From: Octopus sinensis
Taxonomy: Eukaryota
DNA length: 64,000 bases
Direction: 5' to 3'
Assembly: GCF_006345805.1 (NCBI RefSeq)
Contig: NC_042997.1
Coordinates: forward strand, 83,328,001-83,392,000
The notes beneath the pieces were generated by a model that saw only the letters and a list, made by a program, of their open reading frames with translations, did not search any database and had not been told where the DNA came from. Shown piece after piece: positions 1-13,653 of this stretch (positions are counted from its first letter, which is position 1; each line of letters opens with the position of its first letter). Made by a program: the position numbers and the translations under genes.

Positions 1-770
1 AACACAGTGAGACCGAACCTGAAACTACATCATTGCAAAATGAAACTTAACCATACACCAGCCTTTCACAATCATCATTATGTTACCATGTCGGCTTTCC
101 ATACTTGCATAGGTTAGACATGTTGTCTGTGTCATTTCTTATTTGGCACTACTTATCCTGAAGGCTGCTGCTGGCATGCATTGTTTGGTTTGGTAACTAT
201 GGCAGAATGCTCCTTCTATCATCAGCCACTCTACAGAGTGTATGGGATTTATTTCTTCATGACATTAGAGAGAATTAACTCTTTAGCATTCAGATTACTC
301 TATCAAATGAAAAGGGTAAAGACTCCCTTCTGTCATGAATGACTATGGGATTGCACCTAGACTGTTACCCTTCAAAGTACAAGTCTGGGCAAGGTTGTTT
401 ATGGAAGACCAGTAGTTGCCCATGCATACCACTGTTTTTAGAATGACACTGTAGAGTAGGTACAAGAGGCCAGATCTGGCCAGTTTAAACATAAAACATA
501 GAATATTTTGGCTGGATATGGCCAGTTTAAAGGCTAAAAGTTTAAAAGGGACCTCACAACTTTATATTGCATATAATTAGAAAACGATTTTTTAAAGCTA
601 TTACCTATTTAAAAAGAACATCTATTATTTAACAGAATGTTATTAACCTTTGTAGAAGAAGTTTTCTATACAGTTTGTATATTATGTCAAATGTGTATTT
701 TGTGTGTTAGCACTTTTGATTTTCAACTTTTCAGACATATGTGTTCTGGGATAATTAATTTGTAACAGTC

Positions 771-1405
771 TTTTCTTTTATTTGTTTGAGTCATTAGACT
801 GTATCCATGCAGGGTCACTACCTTGAACAATGTTTTATCAAATGAATTGAGCCCACTACTTAATTTTTTGCTAAGCCTAGTACTTATTCTATCAGTCTCT
901 TTTGATGAACTGCTATGTTACAAGGGATATAACCACACCAATACCAGTTGTTAAGCAGAGGTGGGGCAACAAACATAGACACAAACACACACACATATTC
1001 TTTTATTCTTTTTTATTTTTTTATTTGTTTCAGGCAATTGGGCTGCAGCCATGATGGAGCACCACCTTTAGTCAAACAAATCAACCCCAAGACTTATTCT
1101 TATTCCACTCACAGGGCTTTGGTCAGCCTGAGGTTATAATAGAAGACACTTACCCGAAGTGCCACACAGTAAGACTGAACCTGGAACCATGTGGTTGGTA
1201 AGCAAGCTTCTTACCACACAGCCACTCTCACGCCTATACACACACACGCACACACAGAGTTCCATCTACCAAACTCACTCTCAAAGCCTTGGTCTACCCA
1301 AGGCTATAGTAGGAGACATTTGTTCAAGGTGTCACGCAGTGGGACTGAACCTAGAACTATGTGGTTAGGAAGCATGCTTCTTACCGCACAACCACACATG
1401 CACCT
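771..1405 (-). mobile_element. Cluster of tRNA-derived SINE family A copies
   Basis: Repeated gaagacacttgcccaag...gggactgaacc...aagcttcttaccacacagcc head and cagccatgctggagcaccacc tail; same family at 35781-36130, 36565-36752, 44640-45035 and 63290-63520. Confidence 0.85.
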
Positions 1406-1539
1406 ATATGGTGTTAACTATTTCTGGTTTAGTTTCAGATTTAGTATTCTTGTAAAGTAATCTTTTTATGCTTTCCATAGTTGATCATTTATGTCTTATT
1501 TTGTAAAAAGGGAATATAAAAAATTATTGACTATTTAGA

Positions 1540-1770
1540 ACTTTAAAATATTCCTCTTTTACAAAATGCTCAAGAGGTGAAGGAAGAATACTTTAGAAGA
1601 ATTCTAAATTCAAAACTAAACTGGAAATATTCAACATTTACAATAGTCAACAATTTAAAATATTCCCCTTTTACAAATTACAATATGAAACTGATCAACT
1701 ACGAAAAACAAAAGAAGAACACTTTGTAAAATTTCTAAATCTGAAATATAACTACAAATAGTTAGCACCG
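1540..1770 (+). mobile_element. Two tandem remnants of a Penelope-like GIY-YIG endonuclease C-terminus
   Basis: Translates FKIFPFYKLQYETDQLRKTKEEHFVKFLNLKYNYK*, plus a degenerate upstream copy. Confidence 0.6.
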
Positions 1771-2175
1771 TTACAAAAAGGGGGAAAAAAAGCTTCCTCT
1801 TTATGCATTAGTCCAGAACATGTGTGTCTGAAGTTGAAAAATGAAAGCGCTTACACACAAAATACACATGAGACATTATATACAAATTTCTTCCACATAA
1901 GTTAGTGACATTCTGTTAAATAAAAGAAGTTCTTTTTATATAGTTAATAACTTTTAAAAAAATCTTTTTCTAATTATCATAATTGTATCAAGTAATTTTT
2001 ACAAAAGCTTCTAAATATACATAAAATCTTATGTACTTTGTATATAAATTTATATTAGACTACACACTAGCACAAAGGTGTACAGAGTACTTCTATAATT
2101 TTGCGCAATATATATATATACACACACACACAGAGTTAAAAATGCTTTTTGCCAAATGAAATGTAGTAAACTCAC

Positions 2176-2275
2176 CTGTTTGGCTAACCTGTGCAGATAA
2201 AACAACATTTTGTGAGTTAGATACACTTGCCTCACTATACCCATCAAACATGGAATCACCAAGAGAATCATCAGG
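2176..2275 (-). CDS. SNX13: SNX13 exon, RGS-PX linker into first PX strand (100 nt, phase 0->1): PDDSLGDSMFDGYSEASVSNSQNVVLSAQVSQT(G)
   Basis: ttttattccccactgacag acceptor and gtgagt donor; aligns with SLDDLSNVSSDDSVQLHAYISDT(G). Needs a bridging 3n+2 exon upstream. Confidence 0.85.
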
Positions 2276-2900
2276 CTGTCAGTGGGGAATAAAAAGAACC
2301 ATACATCTTTCACAAAGATTCAAAATAAGATTAAGGAAGAAAATATCAACTTATAATACACAAAAAATATCAAATCTTAGAAATTATGAGAATATTTGTT
2401 AAAAATCATTAAAATCATCATCATCACCATCTATATTAGCTGAATTAATCCAGAATTTAACCTACTATTTCTTGCCATTTGTCAGGGTTTCCATTGCATC
2501 TATTTTACTCTAATTCAAACTTCTTAAGAGTACAGACTGACCTGAAGTGATAAGATGCATACAATTTCCATCCTTGCTCACCAAACAACCTATCTCTCCA
2601 CCCACCTCAATAATAATACAGTGTTTGCCTTCATATGAAGCAACAGATTTATTATCAAAGGTGTTCTAGACATGACCATCCTGTCATTTTTTGAATATCA
2701 AGAACTACATTGTTTAATAAGCCTTTCCAATTTTTAAAAAAAAAGAGAGTAGAGAGGGTCAATGTTATAGGGATTTTGTTGCTATTTCTAGAAGATCAAA
2801 TGACTACATTGATAAAATCTTATTGGCTCAACTCAGAAATATAAAATTTCTGGTGTAACTGTATACAAAAAAAAAAAAAAATACCTGTGACAAACCAAAG

Positions 2901-3059
2901 TACAGGGTGGCTCAAAAGTCATGAAAGTGTTGATAATTCTTTTATGTTCTGCATAATATTAGGTGTGAAAAATCACATCTTGTAAATTACAAATAAAAAA
3001 GTAATTAAGACAAAATATTACAATTTCAGACCCCTTTGCAACTTTTAGACCACCCTACA
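2901..3059. mobile_element. Tc1/mariner-type MITE
   Basis: TIRs TACAGGGTGGCTCAAAAGT / ACTTTTAGACCACCCTAC. Confidence 0.7.
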
Positions 3060-3107
3060 TTTGTTTATCTCTCACACTTAAAGCTGCAAAAACTAAACAT
3101 AAATTAC

Positions 3108-3122
3108 CTGCCTGGCAGACCA
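3108..3122 (-). CDS. Candidate 15-nt SNX13 microexon (WSARQ in phase 0)
   Basis: ttgtttgttttgcttatcacag|TGGTCTGCCAGGCAG|gtaatt; frame-preserving; UGC at -12. No transcript evidence. Confidence 0.45.
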
Positions 3123-6100
3123 CTGTGATAAGCAAAACAAACAATATAATAGATAAATAAAAATCCAAATCAATTTGAAAGTTCAATTAAATCCTCCTAA
3201 GAGTTAATTCGTAAACCTAATCAAATTTTACAAAAGAATTAGTTTGCAAGCCAAATTAAATCCCCCACAAGAGTTAGCTTGCAGGTCTAATTAGTTCACC
3301 CCAAGAGTCCAAACCAAAAACTGAATCAATAAAAATCTGATGGCCCAAAATAAAGGAGTTAACTCTCAACTAAGAGTTGAAATGCCAAGAGATTACTAAA
3401 ATTCTGACAGTTATGGTGTGGTGTGGTATTATAGGACCATTATTCTATCTTTGGCTGGCCTCATTTACTAGACTAATTGGACATGATTGTAATTTGAAGT
3501 GATAGCTGACTATACAAAAGATAGATTAAACAAATAAATAAAATGTAAGAATGTCATCTAAATTTCAGTGATTAATTTAGTTATGACATCCCATAATGAA
3601 GTATGCTACGTGAAAATTAACCATGTACATCCCATCACTATTTTGACTATTGGTAATGGCCCAAAATTAATGAGTTTATTCTCAACTAAGTGTTGAAATG
3701 CCAGGAGTTTACTAAAATTCTATAACTGTATGATAGAATTTTAGTATTATTATTGATAATTATTTTCTTATTAAAAACAATTTTCATTAAAATGTTAATA
3801 TTTTTCCTTTAGATTTAACACCAATTTTTAGAAGAAATAATTTTTTTCCTTTCTATTTTATTGCTGTCTTGTTTTTTTTCTTCTTCATTACAAATAACAT
3901 TTATAATTACTCATTCAACTTAAATTGTTTTCCTAACATTCAAATAATGATTTATTAAGTAATACAGTTCCTTGCTCTTAGATGCAATGCATAGCTCACT
4001 CATGGCAGAGAGCCAGGAGATGATAGGATCTTTCAGGCATACAAGTAATTCCATATTATGAATCAAATCTCAGCTACTTGGGTCTGGCTGCCCTGATGAA
4101 TCTGCTAGATGGCATTGGCAAATGCTCATAAGTATAATATTATGTCACTTGACTCAGTCCCCAAAATATATGCAACCACTATTTAGATAGACCACTAGAT
4201 TCCATAATAACTCCAGCATATTTTGCTTATCTGAAGACATCATGAAAGAAAATAAATAATGTTGGATAGATTCCAATGAAAGAATTTGGAGTTAAAAATT
4301 ACTAAATGAAAAAAGTTAATTTACTATCTTAATTGTTTCTTTCTTTTTTTTTTATGTAAAAATTCTTTCATTGGAATTTCAAACCAATGAAGGTGCCTTT
4401 ATGTGGTTTGCTTGATTTGCTAGATATAGCAGCCAAATCTCCCTCAAATCACACACTACTGTCTTAAAAATACAAAGGCACACAGGATAATGTAATCCAA
4501 GATACATTAATCCTGGAAACAATATAAGATGAGACAACTGGAATACCTTTGATTATAGGCCTGCTCAATCAGGGATGGCCTAGCACTAAGGAAGTACTAG
4601 TACAGAATATTCTAAATTGTTTAAGGAATCTAAAAATTATAGAAGAGAGAAAATGTGAAGTTGTGATATTATGATGCAGGAATATTTATGAAATAAATGA
4701 AATATGCTTAAATGCAAATAAAAACTAGGTTTTAATTTCTATAAGATTCACTGCACTCTGAGCTAGTCACAAATTATGATTAGACTTAAATGGCTGCCAA
4801 CTTAGGTATTCCTAAATGGTCACTCAACCTATTAGAAATAGTAACCAAATTTATTGATATAAACAATGTGACATCTTAAAAAATGAAGGACAAGTTTGGA
4901 AAAAGTGGTGGTACAGCCATCACTGGAATGTCTTTGACTACAGATCTGTTTAATCTGGGACGACTTGGAGCTAAACTACAACAACAAATATAAGGGTATA
5001 TATACACTTGCAGAACATTGATTTTATTTTTCCTGATAATGACCTTGTTTACAAATTAATAAACTGTATCAAATCAACAAGTCTAAAGTCCATTAGTGTT
5101 GTATCCCTATGCAAAGTACACAGCCCTGCTTATTTCTGTTTGTTTGGATGACAAAATATAAGTCCCACTCTGGCTTCATGGTTGAGAATGGGGAAAGATA
5201 TTTAGCTGTAAAGATAACAGCTCCGACAATAATCTATCTACACCACTATTTGAACAAGAAAAAAATCGAGTAGTGTATGTGTGTGTGTGCATGCACTTGT
5301 GTGCTTGTATTCCCAGGCACACACACTTCTTAAAAATTAACTCCCTGCAATAAAAAATATATTTAACTAAATCCATGTGCTTTGCTTAAGCTCATACTTG
5401 AGAATGTTAAGGACTACCAAAATTAATGTCCAGGTCAAGATTGAATCCTAACAGAATAGGTACTATAAACAAAACTTAACCACATACATCCATAAACTAT
5501 TTTGTCAGAACTGACTGCTAGACTTGTTAGCAGCCAAATCTCTCTCAAATTATACCCTACTGCATGGTTCCCAATCTTTTCACCGCCAAGTACTCTTTTT
5601 ATATAAATGAATTTTCCAAAGGACTTTAGAAAGATCCAACAACTATAGAATTGTGCACATGGGCCACAGTACTAACTTTGCAGGTACATAAAGTTAGGAT
5701 TTGTTGCCCTACCATTTAAAAAAGGAAAGATACATTTCACATTTAGACAATGGGACCCTTGATACTGCTATAATGATGAAAAAGTCTGATCATAAGGTCT
5801 TTTCAATCAGGGTAGACCTGGCATTAAACAGCAACAATTATTATATTTGTGCTCATTTATGAATTTACATTCCTAATTTCAAGACTCCAGAAGGCTCTGC
5901 ATGTGTAGAGTGTTTCAGTTCATCGGCATTACAAACTCACTTGAGAATTGTATAAACATAACACACTTCTTCATCCAATAAATCTGAGAACTATGTACAA
6001 AATAAATATTGAACTTAGAAAAATTGCAACAAAAAATATTCAGACTATTTTCTGCTTCTTATATATAAGTTTACATACCATAGCTGGGAAAAATACTTAA

Positions 6101-6826
6101 ACTTTACAACTTCTTTAGTAAATTATCATCAAATTATCATACTGAATCTATAATAATTTTTTTAGCTTTATTATTGAAACAAGTAAATTAAATATAAACA
6201 GTTAAAATACTAGAAAGAATTCAAAAACTTGGCAGTAAATGTAGAAAATTGGTATTAATATTACAAGAAAAACAGAAATGAAAGATTAGAATTGAAAGAA
6301 GTTTTAGTATACATACAAAGTGAAAGAGAAGGTTTTATCACAATCATCAAGGAAATTTTTAGCATGCTCCAATTGTCTTGCTATCAAATGACACTCATTT
6401 ACTGTATGGCTACTGTATAGCTTATAGACTAATGAAAGCAGAATCATAATACCACTAAGTTCCTTTCTGTGGTTGATTACAATCTCAACCCAAAACACAC
6501 ATCTTTCCTCCTCTTTTCATTACCCCTACTTTATTTTACTGCTAAAGCCTTGTGCCAACCACTTAGTCCTAAACCTTCCTCTCCACAGAACATCATCCCT
6601 CTGAAATTCCCTTCTTGTTCATGTTTTCTCTCAGATGCCAACTTACAAGTATTAAAGCTAAATATAAAATGCATCAGTTTTATTAATCTTGGAGATGCTG
6701 CAAAGAACATGGCAGTTTAACCTCTCTTCCTCCATACTAAGTCATGTAAAAAATAAAAAAAAATAAAAGAAAAATGAGTAAAGGAAAGAATTTTCAGAAA
6801 TGGTATGACACAAAATAAAGCCTTAC

Positions 6827-6882
6827 AGTATTTAGCTTTGTTGCTCTACAATGATTCAGCAAGGCTCCATGTTGCCTTTCAT
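6827..6882 (-). CDS. Candidate 56-nt phase 1->0 bridging exon (DERQHGALLNHCRATKLNT)
   Basis: ttatttgttctttattttgttgactggacag acceptor and ACT|gtaagg donor; open in the required frame. Confidence 0.3.
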
Positions 6883-8479
6883 CTGTCCAGTCAACAAAAT
6901 AAAGAACAAATAATAGAGGAAATTCAAGAGTATAGCTATATGTCTCACCACACACACAACTTAGCTTCCTGCTCACAAAGTGGGGTTTTTTTTGTTTTTT
7001 TTGTTAAAGTGGAAGCAACACACTGGCAGATTAGTCGCTCATGAATATTTAAAAGATATCTTAAGTACTTTCCAATGGATGGACACAGTGTTCTATCATT
7101 GTTTTCCACCAAAGTATATTGCCTTGAATAGCTAAGATACCAAAAGAGGTGTTAGAAATTTTAAATGCCACATCAAATTTTGGTACAAGGCCAGCAATCT
7201 CAGGGAAAGAGAGTTAGTCAATTACATTGACCCCAGTAAGTGACTGGTACTTATTTTATTGAATTCAGTACTTGGTTGGTACTTAGTTCATTAACAATGA
7301 AAGGATGAAAGCTAACCTCAGTGAGATTTGAACTTTGACTGTAATGAGCTGCAAGAAATGCTGTTATGCATTTTGTCCAGAGCACAAACAATTTTACCAG
7401 CTTGCTGCTGAAATTTCTGATGTCACATCAAATTATTATAAATTATATGACCAGAAAAGTGATGAATTTTGAGGGACAGGCAAGGCTATGTTTAAAGGAG
7501 TTGTAGAAGAAATTAAGGTTCCTCTCAAAACAGCATCTATATCTTTCCTCTGCTGTTATTGAATACACAATCCAACTGCAACAGGCCACTGGTATGTAAA
7601 ATATCTGAGTAACCAAATTGACTTTCAAAGTAACATCTCATTTTCTGTTTCTAATTATATTTGAATTTCTATAATCCCATATGTCTAAAGTCAACTTACT
7701 AAATATTAAGGATACTTATCCAGTTATACAATGTCATAAAAGATATCAGTTTGCTATAGGTAACATTCTCTGATTAGAGTGGGTTTTTCTTTATTCAAAG
7801 TCTTTTCTTAATTAAATTTTTACAAAGCCAATATTGTATGTCTTCCACCCCACCCTCACGAAAGTAACCCCTTCAATATTAAACATAATTAATCAGTATT
7901 GTTCTATCATTTGTTTTTCTTGTTTAAACATACAGATACCTGAAGTAGCTTTTGGGAAAAAATGTTAAAAGAATATACAGAACCTTTCATGATGCAAAAA
8001 AGCATTAAGCAATTAGCTACAAAAAAAAACAATAAAAATAAAGGAAAAGTTGCAAGCGAACAGGAAAAACTTAGCAAGAAGCAATTTAATGTTACATTAA
8101 GAACCAGTTAAGCATCCAAAACCAAAGACTATTTCACATGGTTATTAAATTTGTTGATATAACAGCCAGAAAGAAGCAAAGCTGATCTGAGAGCACTGGG
8201 ACTTTTAGAAGAAATTATGCAGGACAATGACAAACATAGAAACTGATGTTGCAAACCTATCCAATCCATATCAAGAAGAAAAAGGGATATAAAACTGATA
8301 TTAATGATAATGTTCACTACAACAATGCTGATGACAGTCGTGAGTTATGGCATTTAGTCATAAATTGATCAAGTTTAAAAGACATTTGCACTACCAAATT
8401 AAAAAAGGAAGAGGAATAATGTCTACTGAATTTTAAAGATTTCCCAGACTAGTGAGTCTTTTTTTATATATTCAGTTAA

Positions 8480-10030
8480 GAATTTCTACAGGTGAACATC
8501 AACAGGATAAATGTAGACAAAGAGTATATTTTCTAGGCAGATGGATTGGTCAAAATGTTTAGAGTAGGGAGCCAGTGACATAAGAAACAAAATGAGAGGA
8601 AGAGGAGTGATAGGTTACTGAGTGGGCTATGTAGGGGTTATGAAATTTGCTAATTCAGGAGTGGATGCTGTTGCAGTTGCAAGAGGAAAGGCAGATAGAA
8701 GCAGTGTAAATGTGAGCTAGAGTTGTCTTTGTCAATCAGTTGAATGGGCTTGTTTTGGATGCAGTCCAGAACGATTGTGCATATAACACAATCCCAAGTA
8801 TGTGAGCAGTACTCTACTACATGTTACATATCAACTTTATTGACAGTTAACAAATGATGAAAGAGTATAAATATTTTTTTGGCTCCAAAATGAAAGCCTA
8901 ATCTTTGGGATGAAGTTTTAGAGATACAAGATAATGTAACATCATCAAGAGAGATTATTGGAATTAGTGAAGCTTAAGCATTTGTATCAGCTGTGGGTTG
9001 TTCATGCTTGTATATGGTACTGCAATTCATTTTTTGTTAAGTGTAGTGATTGTATCTTGGTGTTGATGAAAAAAATTAGGTTGTCATGCACCATTTGAAG
9101 ATAATTCTAAGGTTTCTTGATGTAAGAAAACGTCAGTCAGCATGTACTGAAATGGAATGACCTAATAAGAAATTCTGATTTAAGAGATGAAAAACAGATG
9201 GTATGGCCATAGGTGAGCAATTCTGATAAAAGAATCTCATGTTAGACATATAATCAAAGAACAGGCTGACACCAAATGTAAGGACATTGCTATTCTATCA
9301 CCTCTGAGGTTATCATGGTGAAAGTGATAGGTTGACAGAAGGCAGGGAGGATCAGAGGGATTGCCCATCTTGAGAATGCGACATAGTCATGATTCAACAA
9401 ATTGAGATAATTTCTTGTAAAAAGAGAGAAAGAGGGAAAATGAGACTGAAAGGTTTTATGAGGACAAGGGGTAGGTCAAAGTACACTGTTTAAGGAATGG
9501 ACACAATTCCATTGGTTACTTTGGTCTATTAAAATGACTGTTTATATAATGGTGAAACAGGTAGTATGAAGAAGAAATTTTGTGAAGAATTTGTTGCATG
9601 TGTACCTTGTGGAGTTAGAAGCAAAACAAGCAGCATATATGGTCTTTTATCAGCACAAATGCTACTTACAGAGCCATCATGGTTTGAGGAATGGCAGGTA
9701 AGAGGATTCTGCAAAGTTTGTAGAGATCGTCTCCACAAGAGACCAAAAGACCCAGCTGTAATTTAGAAGGAATGAGAGTTTGCAGACTGTACAATGCATG
9801 AATTATCCTTTGCTTTTCTGATGGACATCTTGCAGATATTGCACTGGTGGGTGACTTCTTCTAGATGCTGTAGAAAGTGTTCTTTGCTTGTGCAGTTGTA
9901 GTACAGTCGCAAGTGAATCACTGAGGGGTTTAGGGGTTGGGTTTTGGTAGTATGAGGAATATAGGGAAGATACCTAGGAGACAAAATGTAAGGCAAAGAT
10001 AAAGAGAAAACCTGTCTTATCCATGTAAGA
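8480..10030 (-). mobile_element. Old degraded LINE RT fragment (I/Jockey-like)
   Basis: Broken minus-strand reading with a TYLGL-like motif and purine-rich LINE-like composition; many stops. Confidence 0.45.
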
Positions 10031-10762
10031 ACAGAAAAACAGACCCTGAATGAAATGGCTATGGTGATGATGCCGTATATATACATATATTTTTTTAACA
10101 TATAAAGAGAACACAAACTTTAGAATAATGGTTATAACTTTAAAACTAGAAATCAGGTATTTTTAGTTTGTAAGCCACTTAACAGGCTATGTCACACAAT
10201 AGATATAGTTGATTATTATTCAGCTTTAATAAAGACTGGTTTCATAAATCGATCACACGAATAAAGGCCACATATCTCAACCTTCTATTCTAAGAGTGCT
10301 TTCACAAGTAACAGTATAATTCTTCATTAAATTAACAGGAAATATTCAATAAGTCCTGTAGCAGAGATTTCTTTTTTCATTAGATTTAAGAGACATTTTG
10401 TAGAGACATAACATGAAGAATAACTTCAAAATCTATAAATCAATACCAAAAGGAAAACAACAATCAACACAAGTCCTATTTATTAAATTACTAAAACAAT
10501 AATAAGACATGAATTTATTTTTAATTGATTCAGTTTTACTAGAAGCATATTCCATGTGTGAATATCAGACTTTCTGCATTAAGAGAGAATTCACTGAATT
10601 GTGATTATTGTCATGTTGAGAAAAATGCCCATCTCAATGAAGCATTATCTAGGTGACTATAAGCTGGTACTCTGCACTATTGTATATGTACAAAGTGGAG
10701 GTAAACAAATTTTGATAACATATTTGAAACCTCAGTACATTGGTTATTTTCTTCTTTTTTAA

Positions 10763-11695
10763 CATGCAAAAAAAAAAAAAAATTAACATTTCCAGCATTT
10801 TTAATATTTTTTACTATATCATTTGTTTTGGTTCATTATTATACATATTAAAATTAGAAGTTTTAAAAATGGTAATTCAGTCTGCAGAAATGACATATTT
10901 ATCTCTAAAATAGCTAAAGAAGAATGATGGCCATGACAATTTCTTAAAAGGTGCATATCATCACAAATATATAGGTATTGAAGAGAATCAATTGAACTGA
11001 CCTCAAGATAATACTGACACTTATTTTAAGCACTCAAGAAATTAAATATAAAGTTAACCTAGAAAATATAACTTCCAGCTTTACTATTACTGCTAAGTCT
11101 TGCTACAATATTATTAGTAACTACCCACTCCACAAAATTAGAGATAACGAGTTCTAATTCTAATTCTAATTCAGTCAAAACATTTAATATTTTATGCAAA
11201 AATTAATTAAATAAAATCACAATGCACAATGGATGCCATGCAAGCATTGAAATGAAGATAAAAAAAGAGAGAAGTTTTTAATATTCTAAACTTCAAAGGC
11301 AATACAAAAATGCGAACAATCTTAAATAGCACACGCACACCAATAAATGTAAGAAATGCTGTTAATACAAGAAAGAACGAAAAAGCCACAAAACCAATTC
11401 AAATCACGCATACTCTGACATGCAATATAATAATAATAAAAAAAAAAAATTTTTAAATGATCTACCAGAGCAGAAATTCTATTAATATTTCTGGTACAGT
11501 GGAGTATTAGCTAGCATATCTATCTAATAGATGCAAAAATGGGGAATATACAAGTGACAACATTTTGCTTGAACAAAGTAAAAAAATTAAAGAAAAATTA
11601 GGAACTGTGAACAAAGCCAAAGTCTCACTCGATAATCTGTCCAATATTATTATATTTAATTTATTTCGTATTTGTCATGGTTTAATCAACATGCA
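10763..11695 (-). promoter_or_regulatory. Cluster of four RBFOX-type UGCAUG intronic motifs on the SNX13 sense strand
   Basis: Plus-strand CATGCA at 10763, 11237, 11419 and 11690, in a TE-poor stretch around exon-like sequences. Confidence 0.5.
11341..11358 (-). CDS. Candidate 18-nt SNX13 microexon (AFLTFI, phase 1->1)
   Basis: ctttttcgttctttcttgtattaacag|CATTTCTTACATTTATTG|gtgtgc; UGCAUG motifs on both sides. Confidence 0.35.
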
Positions 11696-13600
11696 ACTGA
11701 AGTCAGAAATACCTGACACACTGAACAGAGGAAAAGCACCCAACACTTGAGCAGGGCCTTTGATTACAGATTTCTGCAAACATAGTCAGACTCTGGGTAC
11801 ATCACCTGTATAATGTACAATAAACGAAGGCTTTTCTCAGCTTCTAAGATGTTCAGCAGTGCACTGAGGTCTTCTTTCTTGTGTAGGTAATGGATAGTCT
11901 TACGTCAATTTTCTTCATGACAAGATTTGAACTCAGCATTCAAGGATAATAAATTACTCATCAATTATAACATCCACAGACCTACTGCTAAGATCATCAA
12001 ACATTAGTTCCTGTAGGATCTATTTATTACTAGATGACTAGAACAGAATCACTGAGCTTTAAGACTTACTGACAAGAGAAGAGGTACAACTTAGCTGGTA
12101 GAGAACTAAGTGTAGACTGAACTGCTAAAAACCCAACCATATACAACTCACATAAATTTAATATTCTATCATTTTTGTAATACTTCTTTTATAATATTTT
12201 ATTGTAATCACATGTTTTCATTTAAATATTCTGCTCCACAGAAGAATAAATAATCTTGTTATGGTAAATGTAATTCTTTCTACTAAACTCACAAGTCCTG
12301 ATCAACTCCAGTTCTCAACTGGCAAAGTCAACTACAGCAGAATTTGAACTCAGAATGTAAAGCCAGAAAAATGCCACTAAGCATTTGGTCTGACAGAGTA
12401 ATGATTCTGCCAGCTCGCTGCCTTTTTGTTATGGTAAATATAATGATTGCACAATAAAACTCTACATTCAGAAGAAACATAATATATCCTGTGTGTTGGT
12501 TGTATAGTTTGTTTATTGCTATCTCAAATATCATCTTTTCAGTTAGCATCAATCATAGATCCATGTATGGATGCTCACAGCAAAATGAAGCAATGAATCA
12601 AGTACAATTCCCAGTTCATCCATTTATTTCACTTTCCATTAAACTTCATACCTAGAACCTCTGTCTACAGTTTTTAACCCATGAGGAAAAGAGGTGGGGG
12701 GGATGGGCTCTACCAGGCTGGCTACCTCTTTAGTACTGAATCAACAGCCAGTTAAGGATTATTTGAATATTTCTATACATAAGTCTATGAGAATAAGACC
12801 GACACTGACAAAGAAAAAAATGAATGATGGTGATGATGATGATAAGACAATACTGAATTACAGCAGTGTTCCTAATAAGCAAACCAACAATGCATATTAC
12901 TATTTATATGTAATTTGCAAGTTGTTTTAATCATGTAAGTTAAGTACAAATTTTATACAATATCAATAATATACAATAGTGATTGAATACAGTATACTAG
13001 TTAACAATTTTCATCATTTACAAAAGGAATAATGCATTTCTGCATTTCAGTAAAGCAGCAATTGGCAACCTCTTGGAATACAGAAAACCTCTCTTGTTAA
13101 AAATCATATGTAATAGTCATACAACTAAAACAGTTTTTGTTTCATTTTCTGAAACAGAATAAAAAAAAAAAAAAGGATCACTTCTATGGAATTAAAGAGT
13201 CTTTAGATGGAATACTGAAGGATTGTAATTTTCGCTGAAATACTAAGATTTGGTATGCCAATGTTTATTTGGTACTGTACTTCATATAAGTTGCCAATCA
13301 CTGATACAAATTGTTTCAACTCTGAAGATGTAGGATAATTCATATCAACACTGTTGTATGATAATTCATATCAACTACATGATTAAACCAATAAGGGAGC
13401 CTCTATATGGTTGTTAGATATGCTAGAAATAACAGCAAATCCTCCATCAAATAACAGCCAAACTTATTAAATGATGTCGAAAAGCATAGGCTCGAAATGT
13501 CAAGACTTTTCCATTTATTAAAGACTTTTCCTAGCGTTAAACTAATACACAAACTTGTTGTTCCCTCACCTATCTTCAACCTTTGTTTTCTGTAAATTTG

Positions 13601-13653
<53 letters not shown>

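Noticed and set aside
1855-1912. 58-nt exon-like unit downstream of exon 2176
   Set aside because: Stop codon in the required phase and no match to the expected PX sequence; the next exon is probably outside the window.
13470-13530. Hammerhead-like remnant (AGC-ATAG-GCTC-GAAA-TGTC)
   Set aside because: The CUGANGA core is destroyed; degenerate pLTR relic.
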